The notes under the pieces are model-generated. The model did no database searches. It worked only from the letters and a program-made list of their open reading frames with translations, and was not told the origin of the DNA. From NCBI RefSeq assembly GCF_003018255.1, contig NZ_CP027440.1: DNA of 64,000 nucleotides; one strand, 5' to 3'. Positions 34,256 to 44,139 of this stretch are shown here, piece after piece. Made by a program: the position numbers and the translations under genes. The stretch's first letter is position 1. Each line of letters opens with the position of its first letter. This stretch comes from Escherichia coli (GTDB taxonomy: Bacteria > Pseudomonadota > Gammaproteobacteria > Enterobacterales > Enterobacteriaceae).

Positions 34256-34312
34256 ATAAGCCTCACTCTTATTAACTGATGTTACAGCCGGATAAATTCC
34301 CGGCCGTCACGA

Positions 34313-36361
34313 TTATGCCGCAGGGGTATTAACCTCAAGGACAACGCTCTCAAAAGACACGCCATAAGTTGCCCCTTTGGTGACATCTGTCAGTGTCAGC
34401 GTATCTTTGGCAGGGGAAAGTGCATCTTTCACCATCTGGAATGCCTGGCCCGGAGTGCCATCCAGCACAGGCGTTACCTGGGCACTTCCCGCCGTAAACT
34501 TCAGGACAAGTGTATGCCACTGGTTATTGTAGGCTCCAAATGATCCCAGTTTCGTATTCCCCCCTGTTTTATGGTGCATCAGATTTAACTGGCCGCCTGT
34601 TGTCTGGAGATAATACGCCATCAGGAACGGTGTGCCTGTACCACTCATGGTTACACCTTCCGGGACCGTATCGGTGTGGAGGTAAATACCCAGAGCAAAC
34701 TGGCCTTCTTTTACTTCACCTGACAGACGGAATTTACAGGTCAACTGACCACCATGCTTCAGAAGTTCACCGGCTGCATCAGTTCCATGGGTAAGCGTCC
34801 AGGTTTTTCCGCTTTGTTTGGATACGGTCAACGCTTTACCTTCGTCCGTCAGCTGGATTGTACCATCTGTAATTTTCCAGCCCTGAGCCGGGGCTTCTCC
34901 TGCTGATGCTTTAAGTGAAAGCAGCGTACGGAGTGACGGGGATGTCGGATGGGGGGACTCACTGCCTCCTGGCTGACTACCTGTCGGCGCTTCCGGTTTC
35001 CCACCCGGCGCGGGCTGAGGCAGGGCTTCACCATCAGGGGCCACACCGGCAATAAATGCAGAGGTCAGACCTGCATATTTAAGAATTGCTGATGCAAAAC
35101 GATCTGAGACCAGAAAACGGCGCGCCCAGGAGCTAAAATGGGTTGCCCTGGATGCTGTTGTCCAGTTGCCATCTCCCCGTGATTCCGCACCATAATACCC
35201 GGCAGAAGCGATATCCGGGTCGTGCTCCGGCAGGTTGGTCGCGGTTTTATTACCGAACTCATCGTGCATCAGTGGAACAAAGTGAATGTTCTCGGAAGCC
35301 CGGTTTTTATATCCGCTATAAATGGTTTCATATGCCGCCGGGTTCTTCTCTTTCCAGTCATAGGTTGTGTCACCACATAACCACGGCACACTGTCTGATG
35401 AACCACCAATACACTGACCGGAGAAAGCACCAAGATCCGCACGGAATTTTTTCACCATCGCAGTAAACTGGGCACCATGCTGGGCCGGGGTCGCTTTAAG
35501 GTCTCCTTCCCCCTGAATCCATACGACAGATAACAGCACATTCTTTGGATTCGCCTCAAGTGCCGCTTTAGTTCGACTGACAAGATCCTGATACAGTGGG
35601 GTATCCACTCCCCAGCGTAGTGACGCCTCGGCTGCACCACTTGCCGGATCGAATGAGCCAACTGCGCCGGTTGTAAAAGCAGAGCCGCCACGGGCACAGG
35701 GAACCAGTAAAATCCCGGCATCAGCAGGAATCACCGGTAATACTTTTTTCGCAATATGAAGTCCCTGCCCCACACAACCATACTGCCCTTTTTTCAGGTC
35801 TGCTTTTGGATGGTTCAGCAGACTCATATTCTGAACATCATGAAGGCAGTGATCTGCTGGAATGATTTCATTGTATTTGCAGGGAATACCTCCGGGGGTT
35901 TGTGTATTCCTGCGTGCCAGCTGCATAATACGTGGATCAGGACGATCATAAGAATCCGGAAGGGGCAACCCTTCACCATAAGATGAAGCATTGGACTGGC
36001 CGGCTATAACAATCACGTAATACCAGGAAGGGGAGCTGGAAGCAGTTTCATTTCCTGACGGACGGGTATGTGTTTCAGCATTATCCCAGTCTGACGGTTC
36101 AGCAGTACCGGCAACATCAGCACTTAACGGAATGACCGCACCAATACCCGCTCCGGTAATTTCCACACTCGGATCACCGGATACTGGCCTTACCCACAGG
36201 CAATCCCGTGTATTAAAACTGATGAGACAGTCAGCAAATGTCATTCCTCCTTTTGTTTCGGCCGGAGGAAAGGGAGCCTCAAGAAATGCCGCTGTACCAC
36301 CGGAAACTTTAACAGTAAAGTTTCCGGGCATTGATGATAGTTGAACCCATTTGGACGTCAT
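34313..36361 (-). CDS. SGNH/SASA-type sialate O-acetylesterase-like protein with C-terminal beta-rich putative carbohydrate-binding domain (resembles prophage NanS-p family)
   Basis: 682-aa ORF; IAGQSNASSYG esterase signature, Pro-rich linker, about 200-aa C-terminal domain; no signal peptide. Confidence 0.55.
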   Translation of the reverse strand: MTSKWVQLSSMPGNFTVKVSGGTAAFLEAPFPPAETKGGMTFADCLISFNTRDCLWVRPVSGDPSVEITGAGIGAVIPLSADVAGTAEPSDWDNAETHTRPSGNETASSSPSWYYVIVIAGQSNASSYGEGLPLPDSYDRPDPRIMQLARRNTQTPGGIPCKYNEIIPADHCLHDVQNMSLLNHPKADLKKGQYGCVGQGLHIAKKVLPVIPADAGILLVPCARGGSAFTTGAVGSFDPASGAAEASLRWGVDTPLYQDLVSRTKAALEANPKNVLLSVVWIQGEGDLKATPAQHGAQFTAMVKKFRADLGAFSGQCIGGSSDSVPWLCGDTTYDWKEKNPAAYETIYSGYKNRASENIHFVPLMHDEFGNKTATNLPEHDPDIASAGYYGAESRGDGNWTTASRATHFSSWARRFLVSDRFASAILKYAGLTSAFIAGVAPDGEALPQPAPGGKPEAPTGSQPGGSESPHPTSPSLRTLLSLKASAGEAPAQGWKITDGTIQLTDEGKALTVSKQSGKTWTLTHGTDAAGELLKHGGQLTCKFRLSGEVKEGQFALGIYLHTDTVPEGVTMSGTGTPFLMAYYLQTTGGQLNLMHHKTGGNTKLGSFGAYNNQWHTLVLKFTAGSAQVTPVLDGTPGQAFQMVKDALSPAKDTLTLTDVTKGATYGVSFESVVLEVNTPAA

Positions 36362-36460
36362 AATAATCAGCCTGTTCCTGAATAAACTGAATTATCATAT
36401 CCACAGACCGATAAACGCCATTTTGCGTTAATTCAGTAAAGGCCCAACAAAGAGAGCGTC

Positions 36461-37021
36461 TTATTTTTCCGAAACGCTCGCAGGATAATAACGATAAAGG
36501 GTTGAAAGACCGATATCAAAAATAAGTGCCACCTGTCTTCGACTGACACCCCCGGCCAGTAAACGCCCGACCTGCTCGTATTGTTCCTGCGTGAGACGGC
36601 GGGGTCTGCCGCCGGTTCGTCCCCTTTCACGGGCAGCTGCAAGACCAGCCCGTGTCCGTTCGACAATTAATTCACGCTCCATTTCTGCCAGCGCACCCAT
36701 TATGTGAAAAAAGAAACGCCCCATGGGGGTTGACGTATCAATGTTGTCAGTAAGACTACGAAAATTTATCCCCTGTTGCTGTAATTCATCTGTCAGCGCA
36801 ACAAGGTGGCGCATACTGCGCCCCAGCCTGTCCAGTTTCCAGACCATCAGTGTGTCACCGGGTTTTAGTTTCTTCAGTGCCCGCTTCAGTCCCGGCCGCT
36901 GTGTCGTTTTACCACTCATTTTGTCTTCAAAAATCTGCTCACATCCTGCACATTCCAGCGCATTTCTTTGTAAACCGGTGTTCTGGTCATTTGTTGATAC
37001 GCGTATATAGCCAATCAGCAT
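36461..37021 (-). CDS. gin: serine DNA invertase of the Gin/Hin/Cin/Pin family
   Basis: MLIGYIRVSTNDQNTGLQRNAL...GRFFFHIMGALAEMERELI aligns closely with Mu Gin (recalled); adjacent to the invertible segment. Confidence 0.9.
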   Translation of the reverse strand: MLIGYIRVSTNDQNTGLQRNALECAGCEQIFEDKMSGKTTQRPGLKRALKKLKPGDTLMVWKLDRLGRSMRHLVALTDELQQQGINFRSLTDNIDTSTPMGRFFFHIMGALAEMERELIVERTRAGLAAARERGRTGGRPRRLTQEQYEQVGRLLAGGVSRRQVALIFDIGLSTLYRYYPASVSEK

Positions 37022-37076
37022 GTATTTACCTTCCTTAAAAAGAGGTGAAAATGCCTTTTAAAACAGATATACGGTA

Positions 37077-37102
37077 TCCCTGAAAACCTCGGTTTACGGG
37101 AA
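37077..37102. promoter_or_regulatory. gix-like recombination site, gin-proximal (crossover core TC at 37089-37090)
   Basis: tccctgaaaacc tc ggtttacgggaa matches the gix/hix consensus TTATCCAAAACC TC GGTTTACAGGAA (recalled). Confidence 0.65.
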
Positions 37103-37471
37103 ACGGTAAATAAGGCTGCTGATGCCCTGCCATCGGGTGGAACCGCCGTGGCAGCAAACAGACTCGCCACCCCAAGAAATATTAATGGCGTTCCTTTTGA
37201 CGGAACGCAGGATATCAACATCACGTCAGGAATGACGCAGTCAACCGCAGATGGCCGGTATGTACAGAATGTTCAGCTTGGAGCACAGAGCTATCATTCA
37301 CCCGGAGGCAATGAAATATCATGGAATTACAGCGCACCTTCCGGTTGTATGCTTTCCGGTATTAACGTGCAGGAAACCGGCTCCCGGTCTGCGGACAATA
37401 TCGGTGGGGTCTATTATCGCCCGGTTCAGATTTATATTAATAATGCCTGGAGAACGGTAAGTTCAGTGTAA
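37091..37471 (+). CDS. promoterless alternative tail-fibre C-terminal cassette (S'v-like) inside the invertible segment
   Basis: Open frame from the gix core: GLRETVNKAADALPSGGTAVAANRLATPRNINGVPFDGTQDINITSGMTQS... shares its first 50 codons with the expressed fibre then diverges; ORF track 37148..37471. Confidence 0.6.
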   Translation, partial: GLRETVNKAADALPSGGTAVAANRLATPRNINGVPFDGTQDINITSGMTQSTADGRYVQNVQLGAQSYHSPGGNEISWNYSAPSGCMLSGINVQETGSRSADNIGGVYYRPVQIYINNAWRTVSSV

Positions 37472-37505
37472 ACCACAGAAAAGGGTGCTGAATGCACCCT
37501 CTGAA

Positions 37506-38027
37506 TTATTCCGGTTTTTCCGGCCAGGGAATCGCCTGGTAATGCCCCTCACTGGCAATATCATTAAAGTGCATTTCTTTAAGCTGTCGGATATACGCCA
37601 TCCAGCGCGTCAGCTGTAATTTATTTTCATCGCTAATCATGTCCAGTTTTAATTCTGTTTTCCAGTCATCCACGGTTTCGTTGGCTTCCTGGAGCAGCGA
37701 TGAGCGACGCTTTTCAGCAACCGTCTTCCAGTTTACCGGCACCTTTGATATCAGGCCATCAGAAAACTGCCAGTTACCGTCAATATTCACACCTTCCGGC
37801 AGTTCGTCCACTTCAACAACAGTAAAACCTGCCGGATATAAAGCAGAGACATCTTCAGCAACAGAGCAGATAATACCCGTTACAGGCGAAATACAGAGTT
37901 TGTATTTCTTTGTGAAAAGCGGGATAGATTCATAAAAATCCCTTCCGTCCTCACTCTGGAAATACTGAACATCCTCACCATAGGGTTTGTGTTCCGGGTA
38001 ATATCGTTTTACGTTAATAAGCTCCAT
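37506..38027 (-). CDS. tail fibre assembly (chaperone) protein, U-like
   Basis: ORF track 37506..38138; start at MELINVKRYYPEH (AAGGTG RBS); downstream of the fibre gene. Confidence 0.7.
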   Translation of the reverse strand: MELINVKRYYPEHKPYGEDVQYFQSEDGRDFYESIPLFTKKYKLCISPVTGIICSVAEDVSALYPAGFTVVEVDELPEGVNIDGNWQFSDGLISKVPVNWKTVAEKRRSSLLQEANETVDDWKTELKLDMISDENKLQLTRWMAYIRQLKEMHFNDIASEGHYQAIPWPEKPE

Positions 38028-38106
38028 TATTTCACCTTGTTTTTGTTGAAAAGACAAAATCATCATATATTTATTCAGATAATCTGTTTTTTGAACTACT
38101 GCACTT

Positions 38107-38994
38107 TTATGCGCTGGAAGCTGTTTTCCACGAACCATCTATCAGAAACTGAACAGGTCGATAATATGCGGTTACCGTTGCATTACCATCACCAGCGACA
38201 TCAAGCCCTGTAAGTACGCATCCGTCAGGAACTTCAAAAATATTATATTGCATTCCAATCGTTGACCTTGAACCTCTTCGAATGCTTTGAACATAACGTG
38301 AGTCAGCCACAGACTGCGTCATCCCCGATGTAATATTTATATCCTGCGTTCCGTCAAATGGGACACCATTAATATTTCTTGGAGTGGCGAGTTTATTCGC
38401 TGCAACAGCCGTTCCGTTCGATGGCAGGGCATTCGCCGCCTTATTTACCGTTTCCCGTAAACCGACGTTATCGATAAAAGCGCCTTTATCCGGAATGTCT
38501 GCGCCGTTCTGCTCCCTGCGCAGGTAACGGTTATCACCTTCGCTTTTGCTGTAAACATCCAGATTATTACGGGCGGTTCCCGCATTCTCCAGGTCGGCAA
38601 GGTTCTGATCCTTCGCCAGAGCATTAACGTCACCGGGACCAAGACTGTTTTTTGTGGCAAGCGCCCCAAGACCAAGATAACCACGGGCAAGACGCTGGGC
38701 TTCCGCACCGGCATCAGCAATTTCTTTCAGGTTGTTTTTCCGGGAAAAGGCATTCGCAGCGATAATGGCTTTAATGGACAGCGTAAGCTGGTTTAACTGC
38801 GCCTTATCCGGCTGAATACTGGCTTCAGCCAGAATATTCAGCAGTTCGGCCTGGAGAATATTCAGCCAGTCCTGACCAATCCAGCTGATACCTTTTTGTC
38901 CGTCACCTTCGGTAAACCAGGTGGTGGTATTACTCTGCGCCGGTGCCAGCGCAGGCATATTCGCCACGCCGGAATTATTATCAACATGAAACAT
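38107..38994 (-). CDS. tail fibre protein (S-like); constant part outside and variable C-terminus inside the invertible segment
   Basis: 295-aa ORF; the gix site at 38452-38477 lies in-frame inside the coding sequence (codons FIDNVGLRE). Confidence 0.75.
   Translation of the reverse strand: MFHVDNNSGVANMPALAPAQSNTTTWFTEGDGQKGISWIGQDWLNILQAELLNILAEASIQPDKAQLNQLTLSIKAIIAANAFSRKNNLKEIADAGAEAQRLARGYLGLGALATKNSLGPGDVNALAKDQNLADLENAGTARNNLDVYSKSEGDNRYLRREQNGADIPDKGAFIDNVGLRETVNKAANALPSNGTAVAANKLATPRNINGVPFDGTQDINITSGMTQSVADSRYVQSIRRGSRSTIGMQYNIFEVPDGCVLTGLDVAGDGNATVTAYYRPVQFLIDGSWKTASSA
38452..38477. promoter_or_regulatory. gix-like recombination site, distal (core GA at 38464-38465), inside the tail-fibre gene
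   Basis: ttcccgtaaacc ga cgttatcgataa; same left half and core as the inverted site at 37077-37102. Confidence 0.65.
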
Positions 38995-39554
38995 TAAATA
39001 GTCTCCTCTTCATGGCTGTTTGCATACACGTAAATAAACGTCTGCCATGCAGGCTTATAACGGTTCAGAATACATTCCAGCGCACCGCCTTCATAAATAC
39101 GCAGCGGCGTGAGAATATCATCCAGCACATTCATATTCCGGTAGCCGGTTTCACTGTTAATCGTGACAATACTGACCCACTGTGAATCCGGTGATGGCTG
39201 AATATCTATTTCATAACCAAACTCTGCCGCAAACCGGATATAAAATTCACGGTTAAGAGAGGGTTTCATCCGGTATTTATTCCCGGCATAACGCTGACGC
39301 TCCTGAATGGTTGCGCCGGTCATATCACATTCCGGTAACCCCAGATAACGCTCCCAGTCTTCCAGCAGCAGACGGGATGAATCAGGAAAACGTTCTGCCA
39401 GCATCTGGTTACCGGTCCAGGAAACACGCTCCGTGGAATGACTGAGGCCCAGGCACAAAGCCGCAAGAACGGATGACGGCCGCTTATCCCATGCCAGCCC
39501 GTCAGGCAGCAACTGCAACAGGGCACGCTGATGCGGGGTCAGGGTTACAGCCAT
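38994..39554 (-). CDS. tail protein (Mu gp48 / YmfQ-like)
   Basis: 186-aa ORF between the baseplate J-like gene and the tail fibre, Mu order. Confidence 0.6.
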   Translation of the reverse strand: MAVTLTPHQRALLQLLPDGLAWDKRPSSVLAALCLGLSHSTERVSWTGNQMLAERFPDSSRLLLEDWERYLGLPECDMTGATIQERQRYAGNKYRMKPSLNREFYIRFAAEFGYEIDIQPSPDSQWVSIVTINSETGYRNMNVLDDILTPLRIYEGGALECILNRYKPAWQTFIYVYANSHEEETI

Positions 39555-40630
39555 GTGATTTCCCCCACGGTCAGCAACTCTGTATCTCCGGCCATCACGG
39601 ACTTCAGCGGGCTGCGAACTTCAAAATCCTCCAGTCCTTTCACCCCTGCAACAGCCCGCCAGAATGATGAAGGCAATACAAGTCCACCCGGCCGCGATTC
39701 GTTATAAAGCAGGTCCGTTAATGCCTGTTTTACGGCAGCCTGATTTTCCGGCGTTTTGGGTACAATCCTGATCTCAAACGCCACCGGCTTATTGGTCAGC
39801 TTAAACACGCTGATTGTCGGCCCAAGTGGCTGACCAACGGGCTGGCCCGTCGCCGGATCATCATGACTGCGGATATAATCCGCCACCCGCTTCACATCAC
39901 CTTCTCCGGGGAAAATGTCAGGGTTATTATCCTGAACAAAAGTCACACCAACACTACCCGCCTCAGGCCATTCAGGCTTACACCATGCCCGCGTCACGCC
40001 CGGTACTTCCCGTGCCCAGCGTTCAAAATCATACTGTGTTCCCCCTGATGGCGGGTTCTGTACCCGGAATACCAGCCTGGACAGCAACTCCGGCACCGTT
40101 TCCACATCCGCACCACCGGTGAGTCCCGTGCCGGTGACCGTGGCTGTCTGGTTGATGCCCGCCTGTGGCGTGATAAAGGACAGGCGGGTTCCGGTCGGGG
40201 TATTTCCAGCGCGCCCCGCACTTTCCGCCTCCACATTAACATTCAGTGTTCCGGCTTTTCCGGTCGCAGAGCCGGTGATGCGGTACACAACACCATCGCT
40301 TCGCTGAAGGAGTACGCCTTCCGTGATCCCTGCATCCGTGGTCAGCATCAGTTGTACCGGTCCGTCAGCGCGGGAAGCCGGTTTACGGATGACACCCCAG
40401 AATGCGCAGTGTTTCAGGAGTTCGGCTTCATCAGCTTCTGTCGGAATTATCTGCCGGGAGATCCAGGCCAGATGTTCATGCTCCTGTGCTGACAGACCCG
40501 CCAGTGCATACGCAATGGCATTCAGGGTGGTTTCATTCACGCCCGGCTGCGAACCGGGCAGGCGCTGGCTGATATCCTGTTGTGTCTGTGTGATCAGTTG
40601 CGCCAGTGGTAAGGGCTGATAAGGCATCAT
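39545..40630 (-). CDS. baseplate J-like protein (Mu gp47)
   Basis: 361-aa ORF, position and size in Mu order. Confidence 0.65.
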   Translation of the reverse strand: MMPYQPLPLAQLITQTQQDISQRLPGSQPGVNETTLNAIAYALAGLSAQEHEHLAWISRQIIPTEADEAELLKHCAFWGVIRKPASRADGPVQLMLTTDAGITEGVLLQRSDGVVYRITGSATGKAGTLNVNVEAESAGRAGNTPTGTRLSFITPQAGINQTATVTGTGLTGGADVETVPELLSRLVFRVQNPPSGGTQYDFERWAREVPGVTRAWCKPEWPEAGSVGVTFVQDNNPDIFPGEGDVKRVADYIRSHDDPATGQPVGQPLGPTISVFKLTNKPVAFEIRIVPKTPENQAAVKQALTDLLYNESRPGGLVLPSSFWRAVAGVKGLEDFEVRSPLKSVMAGDTELLTVGEITWL

Positions 40631-41064
40631 TCCCCCTTCATATCAGCATAAAAAATCATCGGATGTCTGCTTCCGTCCGGCAGGGTGATTTTCACGGAAA
40701 GCGAAAGGCGAGCATGCCCCACACGCATGGCATGGCATACCACGGATGTGGCAGCACCGCTTTTATGCAGCCACGCCAGCGCTTCATCAGCATAGGCCTG
40801 TGCACGGCTGACCACGGAGGACAGCGTCTTTTCACGGCTTAACAGCCAGAGACGGGAGCCAACGGGGCGCTCCCGGAAACTGTCTCCCCACCATCCCCGA
40901 CGGTCACGGGTGCCGTCAGGGATTTCATCGGAATCCAGCGCCCGCCTGTCCGTAAACAGTGAAATAATGACCGCAGTCAGCAGGCTGTTATCCGTCAGAA
41001 GATCTGCGCCGTTCAGTTGCAGGGAACCGCAACCCTGATCCCAGACGACAGCAATATCAGCCAT
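40627..41064 (-). CDS. baseplate protein (Mu gp46 / GPW-like)
   Basis: ORF track 40627..41277; start taken at MADIAVVWDQG to avoid a long overlap with the upstream gene. Confidence 0.55.
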   Translation of the reverse strand: MADIAVVWDQGCGSLQLNGADLLTDNSLLTAVIISLFTDRRALDSDEIPDGTRDRRGWWGDSFRERPVGSRLWLLSREKTLSSVVSRAQAYADEALAWLHKSGAATSVVCHAMRVGHARLSLSVKITLPDGSRHPMIFYADMKGE

Positions 41065-41671
41065 TCTCTGGTCCTCCCGTTTTGCTGCCTTCACCGTTAT
41101 CGTGATGCACATGACCTGAATAGGTGATCCCGGCAATAACCGCTTCGGACATCGTGAACGTCCCCTGTGATCTTCCGGTGCCGTCAATGGACACATTGCC
41201 TTTGACATGCAGGTTCTTATCCACTGTGACATTACCGGTAAAGTGAGCCTCCGGTGTATCCACCTGAACACCTTCATCGGCGTAAATCTCCAGCGTCTTA
41301 CAGGTCACAATGATCCGGCCGTTCTTTGTCAGACGTATACGGTGCCCCTCATGGTGATACACGCCGGTATCTCCGGCGGTAAGTCCGGTCGGGCGACTGC
41401 GGCGGTCTTCCACCACAAGCACCACGGCCTGATCCCGTTGTCCGCCAGCACAGGCCAGAAAAACTTCCGCACCAGGCAGGGGGACGCTGATTTGCCCGTA
41501 CTGCTGGGGGCGTTCAACGTCATCAAAGGTTTCACCATCCATACCGGTGATTTGCACATTCTGGATTTTTAGCGTGTCCGTTGTGCCGGTCAGTACACCA
41601 CGCCCGAACAGCAGACGAACACCCCGCATTACGGGGGCCAGAAGGCGGCTGATGACTTCGTCATTCATCAT
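41057..41671 (-). CDS. baseplate assembly / spike protein V-like (Mu gp45)
   Basis: 204-aa ORF, position in Mu order. Confidence 0.6.
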   Translation of the reverse strand: MMNDEVISRLLAPVMRGVRLLFGRGVLTGTTDTLKIQNVQITGMDGETFDDVERPQQYGQISVPLPGAEVFLACAGGQRDQAVVLVVEDRRSRPTGLTAGDTGVYHHEGHRIRLTKNGRIIVTCKTLEIYADEGVQVDTPEAHFTGNVTVDKNLHVKGNVSIDGTGRSQGTFTMSEAVIAGITYSGHVHHDNGEGSKTGGPENG

Positions 41672-42785
41672 TGAATTTAATCCCCTGTTTTTTCATCTGT
41701 GCCCGCACGAAGGCGTCCACGTCACCCGCATTTCCGCTTCCGCTGTTTCCCGGCTCTGCCGGAACAATAAAGCCGTCACGGGGTGCCAGAATCAGACGGG
41801 TGGTTTCGCCGTGATTTGCATCCAGCGAAAACTCCACCTGACAGACAAGAAGATCACGCTCTTCCACTCCGGTGCGGGGAGCCGTGACAGCCGTCAGCAG
41901 GTTGATATCCCACAACTGGCCGTTCTCCCGAAACCAGTGCCGCACGGTGGCTGTCAGGCGCACAGAGCGGGCAACCGCCCGGCGCATTTCTCGGACAGCC
42001 CTCTGGCGTGCACCGTCTGCATCAACAGCATGATCCGCCAGCACAATTTTCGGTCTGTAACGGTGGATGGCACTGTCTGTCACCGTACCAACGGGTGCGG
42101 CCAGCGTTCCGGCTGTCAGTGCATCCCCGGCATGACCACCACCACGCCCGTGCCCCCGTACACGGTATTCACTGTGGCGCAGACGGTGATCCACGTTGTG
42201 ATCCAAATCCAGCAGATTTTCGCCCAGCGTCAGCGTGTCGCCACGCTGACTGCCGGCCTGAGTGAAAACCAGTTCACCGGCGGCATTACTGGTTACCAGG
42301 ACGCCTCTGTGTCTCGCGGCCCGTGTCAGCGCATCTGCCACGGTTTCTGAGTTTTCCAGTGTGAAGGTGGAAAAGGGCCGGGCTGCCGTTGCATCATTTA
42401 CCTGCCAGCGCACCGTGACCCCGAACGGAGCACACAAATCTGAAGCAATGTGCTCCAGCGTGCGGTTCCTCCACTGGCTGCCCGGATGAATGGCTGAACA
42501 GTCCACCAGGTCACCGGTTTTATCCCGTCCGCTGAGCGTGATCTGAAAACGCGTGGCGCTGATGCGCTGCCGGACCTGATCCAGCCAGCCAGTGATCACA
42601 GGCTGACCGTCAATGCGCAATTCCAGAGACTGACCGGCACGGACGGATGACGGAAGGCGTACACCGGGCATCATTACCCCCAGTTCAAAGGAGCCCGCCA
42701 GATGTTCAAGAGAGCGACGAACACTCACCGTCAGCCAGCCGGAAAAAATCTCACCGCCCAGATACAGTTCAACCCTGCTGCTCAC
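41661..42785 (-). CDS. tail protein P-like (Mu gp44)
   Basis: 374-aa ORF, Mu order. Confidence 0.6.
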   Translation of the reverse strand: MSSRVELYLGGEIFSGWLTVSVRRSLEHLAGSFELGVMMPGVRLPSSVRAGQSLELRIDGQPVITGWLDQVRQRISATRFQITLSGRDKTGDLVDCSAIHPGSQWRNRTLEHIASDLCAPFGVTVRWQVNDATAARPFSTFTLENSETVADALTRAARHRGVLVTSNAAGELVFTQAGSQRGDTLTLGENLLDLDHNVDHRLRHSEYRVRGHGRGGGHAGDALTAGTLAAPVGTVTDSAIHRYRPKIVLADHAVDADGARQRAVREMRRAVARSVRLTATVRHWFRENGQLWDINLLTAVTAPRTGVEERDLLVCQVEFSLDANHGETTRLILAPRDGFIVPAEPGNSGSGNAGDVDAFVRAQMKKQGIKFNDE

Positions 42786-44139
42786 TAATCACCTCCACTG
42801 AATGGCCTCCGGGAATGAACAGCGGATCAACAATACCGTTACGGCGCACAAAACGTTGCCAGCCGGTACTGTTCCCGGTGGCACGGTACAGGGTCACCAG
42901 TGCAGGCTCGGTGGTACGTACAGTCACTACTGTTGCACCGGGTAGCTGAACTCCCCGTGTATTCAGATCCTCTGTCAGTGCCAGTCTGGCATCACGAAGC
43001 GTCAGCGCCGTGGCGGTATACCCCTGCCCGGACAGTGTCATCACCTGCCGTTCGAGCGCTTCGCTTAAGTCACGGTTAATGCGCTGAAGATCAACTGAAC
43101 TTTCCAGCCAGACAGGCCAGGTACGGTGGGCTGCGTCACTGTCCGGCAGGGTTTCCTGACTGAGAACCTGATCCAGCAGTTTTCCCACGGTCTGTGCCTG
43201 GGCCACCACGGCAGCACTCTGCATTACCGCCCGTATCAGACGAATATTCTTTTGTGCTGCCGGTGTCAGACCGATGAGAGTCTGCGGATTATCCTGCTCA
43301 TCCAGCACGTAACGCAGGGAAGATAATGTCCTGTACAGTTGCGGCATTCCCTGAGAGACGGCGGATGTCGTCCGGCCGATACTGCCACCGGGCCGGGTAT
43401 TCAGGCCTCCTGAAGACAGTGACGGCAGCGATGGCAGGGTGATCAGGGCACTGAAAAGCCCCGCAAAAGATGAGGCCATGCGGGAAGGTGCTGTCAGTAA
43501 TGCCGTGGCATTCCCTTTCAGCGCCGTGAACGTGGCAGTAAAGGCACTGATATCCTGTACAATCCCCATGCCGGAAACGGCATTTTCCAGGGCGGACACC
43601 TTATCGCTGATGGTTTCGGTCATTGCCTGGACATCGTGCATTCCGTCAGAAATCACCGTCCAGCCCGCTTCCAGGGTTTCAAAAACCTTCCCGAGCGCGG
43701 TGGTACTCTTCTGCTCCAGAATGGCGGCCGTGTCCTGTGTGACAGCAGGTGCGGTATCATCACTTACCGGCGTGACATTAATGGTGAACTCAACCACGCC
43801 CTGTTCAGCAGCGTTATAACGACTTTCAAAGCTGTTTATCAGCACATTTAACGTGCCGTAATCCGGGTGAAGCAGCTCCCCGGCACCGGGAGCACGAAGG
43901 GCATCACGCAGACGATTTCGCTGTGTCTGAACATCATCCCCCATCACAAGTACACTGAACGTAAATTCAGCCAGTTTAGGTCCCAGATCGTCTGCACCAC
44001 CGGTTTCCCGTAACGGATATTCCCGACGGACAATGTTTCGCCCGCCACGTTCGCGCTGCTCACGCCAGACGAGGAACGGCACACCACGGAACGCACCACG
44101 ACCGTCACCAGAGGCCATAATTCCCTCCGTTCCAGACAT
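42769..44139 (-). CDS. DNA circularisation protein N-like (Mu gp43)
   Basis: 456-aa ORF directly downstream of the tape measure gene, Mu order. Confidence 0.6.
   Translation of the reverse strand: MSGTEGIMASGDGRGAFRGVPFLVWREQRERGGRNIVRREYPLRETGGADDLGPKLAEFTFSVLVMGDDVQTQRNRLRDALRAPGAGELLHPDYGTLNVLINSFESRYNAAEQGVVEFTINVTPVSDDTAPAVTQDTAAILEQKSTTALGKVFETLEAGWTVISDGMHDVQAMTETISDKVSALENAVSGMGIVQDISAFTATFTALKGNATALLTAPSRMASSFAGLFSALITLPSLPSLSSGGLNTRPGGSIGRTTSAVSQGMPQLYRTLSSLRYVLDEQDNPQTLIGLTPAAQKNIRLIRAVMQSAAVVAQAQTVGKLLDQVLSQETLPDSDAAHRTWPVWLESSVDLQRINRDLSEALERQVMTLSGQGYTATALTLRDARLALTEDLNTRGVQLPGATVVTVRTTEPALVTLYRATGNSTGWQRFVRRNGIVDPLFIPGGHSVEVISEQQG

Larger units (their letters stand above)
37090..38465. 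other. about 1.37-kb invertible tail-fibre segment (Mu G-segment analogue) bounded by 166-bp imperfect inverted repeats
   Basis: Inverted repeats 37077-37242 and 38312-38477 each contain a gix-like site with the same core; contains Sv, tail fibre assembly gene and S'v. Confidence 0.65.

Noticed and set aside
37639-37935. 98-aa plus-strand ORF inside the invertible segment, considered as a possible second (U'-like) tail fibre assembly gene
   Set aside because: Lies antisense within the minus-strand chaperone gene, Ser/Thr-rich, with no resemblance to tail fibre assembly proteins.
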